Shown here: piece by piece, positions 58,931 through 64,000 of the stretch
How positions within the stretch are numbered: position 1 is the first letter of the stretch
How the letters are laid out: every line of letters begins with the position of its first letter
NCBI GenBank assembly: GCA_964388955.1
Contig: CAYMCO010000027.1
Location: 7,541 to 71,540 of the forward strand
Length of the DNA: 64,000 nt
Reading direction: 5' to 3'
From: an uncultured Anaerolineaceae bacterium
GTDB taxonomy: Bacteria; Chloroflexota; Anaerolineae; Anaerolineales; E44-bin32
Notes under the pieces: generated by a model
The model's input: only the letters and a program-made list of their open reading frames with translations
Told to the model about the DNA's origin: nothing
Database searches by the model: none
Translations under genes and position numbers: made by a program

Positions 58931-59680
58931 ATGCACGATCCAGACCGGCATGAAGAACGAGAAGTGGTGTCTCTTCAGGGTTTTCTGATGATGGTCCTCG
59001 CGGTGGTGGCAGGTGTGATGCTCGCAATTTCCGCCCTGCCCTACTTGGCCAGCGGCATCCTGGTTTCCTTGGCGGGCCAGACTCCGAAAGCTTTCTGGTA
59101 TCTCTCTCGCGCCAGCGCCTTCGTGGCCTACGTGATGCTTTGGCTCTCGATGGGTCTTGGCCTTGTCATCACCAATCGCATGGCGCAGCTCTGGCCCGGA
59201 GGGCCGGCGGCTTATGATCTGCACCAACACGTGAGTCTGCTGGCGATCGTCTTCAGCCTGTTCCACGGTTTGATCTTGCTGGGAGACGGGTTCATCCGGC
59301 CGGCCTTGGCGAATGTCCTGGTGCCCTTCAATCTGGCGAGCTATCGCCCGCTGTGGGTCGGGCTTGGACAGATCGGTTTCTACGTCCTTCTCCTTGTCAC
59401 CCTGACCTTCTATGCTCGTAAGCGCTTGGGCGGGATGCGCTGGAGAACGATTCACATGTTGAGCTACGGCGCCTTCCTTCTGGCCCTGGCTCATGGGTTG
59501 ATGAGCGGGACGGACAGCGCGGCCCCCTGGGCAGCATCGCTCTATTTCGTTTCGGCGGTCTCTGTGTTCTTCCTGACGGTGTACCGGGTTCTCGCCTCTC
59601 GGATGAAGCCAACCAGGTCCGACCAGGCGGTGGCCTCAGCGCATCACAAGGCCCGCCGGCGTCTGCCCGAGGGTGGTTAG
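58931..59680 (+). CDS. ferric reductase-like (MsrQ-like) heme b membrane protein
   Basis: WYLSRAS and four TM His (LHQH, FHG, WRTIH, AHG). Confidence 0.8.
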   Translation: MHDPDRHEEREVVSLQGFLMMVLAVVAGVMLAISALPYLASGILVSLAGQTPKAFWYLSRASAFVAYVMLWLSMGLGLVITNRMAQLWPGGPAAYDLHQHVSLLAIVFSLFHGLILLGDGFIRPALANVLVPFNLASYRPLWVGLGQIGFYVLLLVTLTFYARKRLGGMRWRTIHMLSYGAFLLALAHGLMSGTDSAAPWAASLYFVSAVSVFFLTVYRVLASRMKPTRSDQAVASAHHKARRRLPEGG

Positions 59681-59814
59681 GCGCGGTGCCTGCCTGCGGC
59701 GACCGCGGCGCCGGCGCGGTTCTTGCCGGTCCCGGCAGGCTCGGCGGGCTGACAGGCTTCAATCCCCATGTTTCTTGGGGCGGAGGTCGATGGGCGCGGC
59801 ACAAGCGAGCTCCG

Positions 59815-60167
59815 GAGGCCTGGGCGTCTTCGGAAACGCGGCGGGGTGCTGGACGGTGGTATGCGATTGAGAAGCCATCAGGGTCAGCCCGCTACTGCTT
59901 CCAAAGCTCGAAGAAGCGTGTCTTGCCAATGTGGAGGGCATCTTGAACTTCCTGGCGGCTCAGCAGCCCTTGAGAATAGGATCGCATGAGAAAACCAACC
60001 TGCTCATCTGAGAAACGCTTGCCCGCCCTGGAGGTCGGGCCAGGGTGAAGCTGTGTCACGGCTCCCTCCTTGTTGAAGTTGAGGCAGCCAGTATGGGTGT
60101 CCGCTTCCCAATTGAAAAGAGTTCGCCTTTGAAATGAAAAGAGTCCAGCTTTGAATTTCAAATGACA
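59815..60167 (-). mobile_element. decayed IS end plus N-terminal transposase fragment (IS481/ISNCY-like, family tentative)
   Basis: Minus strand begins TGTCA at 60167 with internal CTCTTTTCA repeats. SD and GTG 60059 give an HTH-like peptide (KRFSDEQV..LHIGKTRFFELWKQ) broken by an in-frame TAG at 59892-59894; the frame continues RADPDGFSIAYHR. Confidence 0.6.
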
Positions 60168-60182
60168 AGCTCAGCCGTCGCC

Positions 60183-60210
60183 TTGACAAATCCGGGCCCA
60201 AGCGTATAAT
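60183..60210 (+). promoter_or_regulatory. consensus sigma70 promoter of rpoC
   Basis: TTGACA-16-TATAAT. Confidence 0.8.
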
Positions 60211-60403
60211 GTAAGGGATTAAGGTGGATGAACAATTGAGCAAAAGCAGGCCCCATAAGCACATGTGGCCGTGGTGGCCATATGTGTATTTCACGAATCA
60301 TACAAGAGTCTGAATAGAATTGCCTGATGTGAACTTCCCGGCAGTAAATCTTTAGCTGCGCAGGTCGAGAGCCTCCGACCGCGCCTTGCCACGGAGGATG
60401 TTG

Positions 60404-63400
60404 GTGGAATCAAAGGATTTTCGCGCCCTACGTATCAGCCTTGCCTCGCCCGAGACGATTCTGAGTTGGTCCTATGGTGAGGTGCTCAAGCCCGAGACGA
60501 TCAACTACCGACGTCTTCGGCCGGAGAAGGACGGCCTGTTCTGCGAGGCCATTTTCGGCCCAACCAAGGACTGGCAGTGCTACTGCGGGAAGTACAAGAA
60601 TATTCGCTTCAAGGGCATCACTTGTGAGAAGTGCGGCGTGGAAGTCACCCGCTCGTCGGTGCGGCGAGAACGCATGGGCCACATCGCCCTGGCCGCACCG
60701 GTGGCGCATGTATGGTACACGCGCCGGGTACCCTCCCACCTGGGTCTGCTGCTCAATGTGTCACGGCGCAACCTGGATCGCGTGCTGTATTTCGCGCAGT
60801 ACGCGGTGACCTATGTGGATGAGGAGGCGCGCAAGAAGGCTCTGCAGCGCATCGAGGACGACATCACTCGCGTGGAACTGGAGGAAGAGGAGGCGCTCGA
60901 TGCGCGGCGCGAGGAGGTAGAGACATTGCGCGCCGAACGCCTGGAGGAACTTGAGACGGAGAAGAAGAGCGTCGAAGAGGAATACGAGGAAGAGGTCGCC
61001 GCGCAGATCGAACCGGTCATCAAAGAGGGGCAGCGCTTGGAGGGCACCCTCAGTGACAAGCTGGAGAAGAAGATCCGCGCCCCCATCGCTTTCAAGGAGA
61101 TCGGGCAGGTCATCGCTGAGAAGGGGGAGACCATCAGCAAAGAGCACATCACCAGAGTCCAGGATCTCGTCAAAGCACACCTCGAAGAGGTGGAAGCCGG
61201 TCTGGTGGAGCAGCGCGATCAGAAACTGGCGAAGATCGAAATGGGTATCGAGGCCGCCCAGGCGGAGGCCGAATTGGCCCTCAATGAGCTCGAGGATGCG
61301 GTCGACGAGGACAAGGCGGACCTGCGCGAGAGCCTGGCGCGCGACCGCGATGAGCTTCAGAGCGTGCAGGTCATGATGTTCCTGGGGGAATCGAAGTACC
61401 GGGAGCTCAAGAGCAAGTGGGGGCAGGTCTTTCGGGCCGATATGGGGGCGGAAGCCTTCTACGATGTGCTGCAGCAGATCGACCTGGACACCCTCTCCAA
61501 GGAACTGTGGGAGGAGGTGCGCACCACTCGCAGCAAACAGCGCCGGAAGAAGGCCACCAAACGCTTGAAGGTGGTGGAAGCCTTTCGAAGGTCGCGCAAC
61601 AAACCGGAGTGGATGGTGCTCACCGTGCTGCCTGTGATTCCGCCTGATCTGCGACCCATGGTGCAACTGGACGGCGGCCGTTTCGCCACCTCGGATTTGA
61701 ACGATCTGTACCGCCGGGTGATCAACCGCAACAACCGGCTGAAGCGCCTTGTGGAGTTGGGCGCGCCCGACGTCATTGTGCGCAATGAGAAGCGGATGCT
61801 CCAGGAGGCCGTGGATTCGCTCATCGACAACTCGCAGCGGGGGAAGGCTCTCTCCCGGCGTGGTCGACGGGAGTTGAAATCCCTGAGCGACATGCTCAAG
61901 GGGAAGAAGGGCCGCTTCCGGCGCAATCTGCTCGGCAAGCGTGTGGACTACTCCGGGCGTTCGGTCATCGTCATTGGCCCACACCTGAAGCTCTATCAGT
62001 GCGGGCTTCCAAAGACGATGGCCCTGGAGCTCTATAGGCCGTTTGTGATCTCCAAGCTGGTCGAATACAACTACGCCGCCAACGTCAAGGGTGCACGGCG
62101 GATCATCGAGCGAGAACGCCCGGAGGTCTGGGCGGTGCTTGAGGAGGTCATCAAGGAGCGGCCGGTTCTGTTGAACCGCGCCCCGACGCTCCACCGCCTG
62201 GGCATCCAGGCATTCGAGCCTGTGCTGGTGGAGGGCAAGGCGATCCAACTGCACCCCTTGGTTTGCGCTGCCTTCAACGCAGACTTTGACGGCGACCAGA
62301 TGTCCGTCCACTTGCCCCTGTCCAAGAACGCCGTCGACGAAGCGCGCCAACTCATGTTGTCGACCCGCAATCTGCTGAAGCCCGCCGACGGGGAGCCGAT
62401 CGTAGGACCGACCAAGGATATGGTGCTGGGCGTCTACTACCTGACGCGCGATCCGGCGAAGGAGGATCAACTCGGCGCCGGGATGACCTTCTCCGATATG
62501 GACGAAGTCGAGATGGCCTACGAATTGGGCCAGGTGGCGCTGCACGCTCCCATCAAGATCATGATGAAAACCTACTACGACGGCGATGGCGCGCATCTGG
62601 ATGAGCCGGAGAGCCGGGTGATCGAGACGACCGTCGGGCGAGTCCTGTTCAACCGTGTCCTCCCCGAGGAGCTGCGATTCGTGAATCGTGTTCTCGGCAA
62701 AACCGCCATTCAGGAGTTGGTGGGAGAAGTGTATAACCTTCTCCGCGAGGAAGGTACACCGGCGGTCGTGGACGAGATCAAGGATATCGGGTTCAAGTAC
62801 GCCACTCGATCCGGCTCCACGATCGCTGTATCCGACATCACGGTCCCGGACGACAAGGCCGAGATCATCGACCGCACCCTAGAAGAGACGGAGGCCGTGC
62901 GAAGGGACTATCGCCGCGGCCTGCTCACCGAGCAGGAGATGAACGAGCGCGTCATCGACCTTTGGCAGCAGACGACCTCAGATGTGGCCGATGCGGTGAA
63001 GAAAGCCATGGATCCCACCGGTAATCTAAGCACCATGGCCATTTCGGGGGCCACCAAGGGTGGTTTTGGACCGATCTCCCAACTGGCTGGAATGCGGGGT
63101 TTGATGGCGGACCCTGCGGGGCGCATCATCCCGCTGCCCATCCGCTCCAGTTTCCGGGATGGCTTGTCAACGCTGGAGTATTTCATCTCCACCCATGGCG
63201 CTCGCAAAGGCTTGACCGATACGGCCCTTCGAACGGCGGATGCCGGCTATCTGACTCGGCGGTTGGTTGATGTGGCCCAGGACGTGATCATCAATGCCGA
63301 CGATTGCGGCACCGAGAACGGCCTGTGGATGCGGCGCGATGATGACGCCGCTGGTCAAACTCTCGGGGAGCGGGTGTTCGGCAGAGTGACCGCGGGAAAG

Positions 63401-64000
63401 ATCGTCGATCCGGATACGGGAGAGGTTGTCTTCCCGGCCGGGCATATGATCACCCTGGAGGAATCAAGGCGCATCGAGCTTTCCGGCGTCGAAGAGGTTT
63501 TCGTCCGGTCTCCTTTCACCTGTGAACTGCAGTTTGGGTTGTGCGCGCGGTGCTATGGCATGGACCTGGGCCGGGGAAAGATGGTCGACATCGGCGCCGC
63601 GGTCGGAATCGTGGCCGCCCAATCGATCGGTGAGCCCGGCACCCAGTTGACGCTCCGAACGTTCCACACCGGCGGCGTAGCTGCCGGCGGCGACATTACG
63701 ACGGGTCTGCCCAGAGTGGAGGAACTTTTCGAGGCCAGGAAGAAGCCCAAGGGCGAGGCCGAAGTGGCGGAGATCTCGGGCACGGTGCACATCAAGCCCG
63801 CAAACGTGCCCGATGGTCCGCGCAAGTTGGAGATCAAGAACAGCCAGCGCATCGAGGATGAATATGTGGTGCCAGGCAACTGGGCGCTGCGTGTGGAAGA
63901 TGAGCAGGAGATCAACGCCGGAAACCTGATCGCCAAGCGCGGCGACTCAAAAATACACGCCAGCCACGCGGGGCGTGTGCGCTTGGAGGACCGCAAGGTC
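60404..64000 (+). CDS. rpoC: RNA polymerase beta' subunit, 3' end outside the window
   Basis: Absent from the ORF track. Translation [55 protein letters not shown] and catalytic NADFDGDQM near 62276-62302. GGAGG SD at 60393. Confidence 0.98.
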   Translation, partial: MESKDFRALRISLASPETILSWSYGEVLKPETINYRRLRPEKDGLFCEAIFGPTKDWQCYCGKYKNIRFKGITCEKCGVEVTRSSVRRERMGHIALAAPVAHVWYTRRVPSHLGLLLNVSRRNLDRVLYFAQYAVTYVDEEARKKALQRIEDDITRVELEEEEALDARREEVETLRAERLEELETEKKSVEEEYEEEVAAQIEPVIKEGQRLEGTLSDKLEKKIRAPIAFKEIGQVIAEKGETISKEHITRVQDLVKAHLEEVEAGLVEQRDQKLAKIEMGIEAAQAEAELALNELEDAVDEDKADLRESLARDRDELQSVQVMMFLGESKYRELKSKWGQVFRADMGAEAFYDVLQQIDLDTLSKELWEEVRTTRSKQRRKKATKRLKVVEAFRRSRNKPEWMVLTVLPVIPPDLRPMVQLDGGRFATSDLNDLYRRVINRNNRLKRLVELGAPDVIVRNEKRMLQEAVDSLIDNSQRGKALSRRGRRELKSLSDMLKGKKGRFRRNLLGKRVDYSGRSVIVIGPHLKLYQCGLPKTMALELYRPFVISKLVEYNYAANVKGARRIIERERPEVWAVLEEVIKERPVLLNRAPTLHRLGIQAFEPVLVEGKAIQLHPLVCAAFNADFDGDQMSVHLPLSKNAVDEARQLMLSTRNLLKPADGEPIVGPTKDMVLGVYYLTRDPAKEDQLGAGMTFSDMDEVEMAYELGQVALHAPIKIMMKTYYDGDGAHLDEPESRVIETTVGRVLFNRVLPEELRFVNRVLGKTAIQELVGEVYNLLREEGTPAVVDEIKDIGFKYATRSGSTIAVSDITVPDDKAEIIDRTLEETEAVRRDYRRGLLTEQEMNERVIDLWQQTTSDVADAVKKAMDPTGNLSTMAISGATKGGFGPISQLAGMRGLMADPAGRIIPLPIRSSFRDGLSTLEYFISTHGARKGLTDTALRTADAGYLTRRLVDVAQDVIINADDCGTENGLWMRRDDDAAGQTLGERVFGRVTAGKIVDPDTGEVVFPAGHMITLEESRRIELSGVEEVFVRSPFTCELQFGLCARCYGMDLGRGKMVDIGAAVGIVAAQSIGEPGTQLTLRTFHTGGVAAGGDITTGLPRVEELFEARKKPKGEAEVAEISGTVHIKPANVPDGPRKLEIKNSQRIEDEYVVPGNWALRVEDEQEINAGNLIAKRGDSKIHASHAGRVRLEDRKV

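Noticed and set aside
59892-59894. In-frame TAG as pyrrolysine or programmed readthrough
   Set aside because: It lies in a truncated IS fragment, so a nonsense mutation is simpler; no pyl genes were seen.
60761-62596. 611-aa minus-strand ORF and other long alternative-frame ORFs across the window
   Set aside because: They are antisense or frame shadows of clear genes (here rpoC), expected in high-GC DNA, with no recognisable motifs.

Overview
GC-rich bacterial chromosomal window. The secretin-less Tad locus, long RpoC insertion and gene inventory suggest a Chloroflexota (Anaerolineae-like) organism; this is inference. Bases 1-14.8 kb hold ten polytopic GT-C-type glycosyltransferase-like genes. 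These run into a DegU/DegS-like two-component pair, an unannotated 48-aa Flp pilin, cpaB-cpaE-tadA-tadB-tadC, comF and hpf. The middle holds a phnDCE-type ABC transporter bracketed by two inverted copies of a ~165-190 bp non-coding repeat. Housekeeping genes follow: folC, mfd, pth, rplY, mgtE, ctpA, mutL and a sirtuin. Next come a second REC-CpaE-like protein with a divergent large histidine kinase, and an OmpR-type pair divergent from a PepSY / small protein / signal-less ApbE / MsrQ-like cluster. The window ends with a decayed IS end and a stand-alone rpoC that has its own consensus promoter and no upstream rpoB. Best novelty candidates are the GT-C array coupled to the DegSU-Tad-ComF locus, the ApbE cluster with a possible non-canonical flavinylation substrate, and the repeat-flanked phn module. 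No rRNA, tRNA or CRISPR array was recognised. All family calls come from reading motifs by eye; no database search was run.
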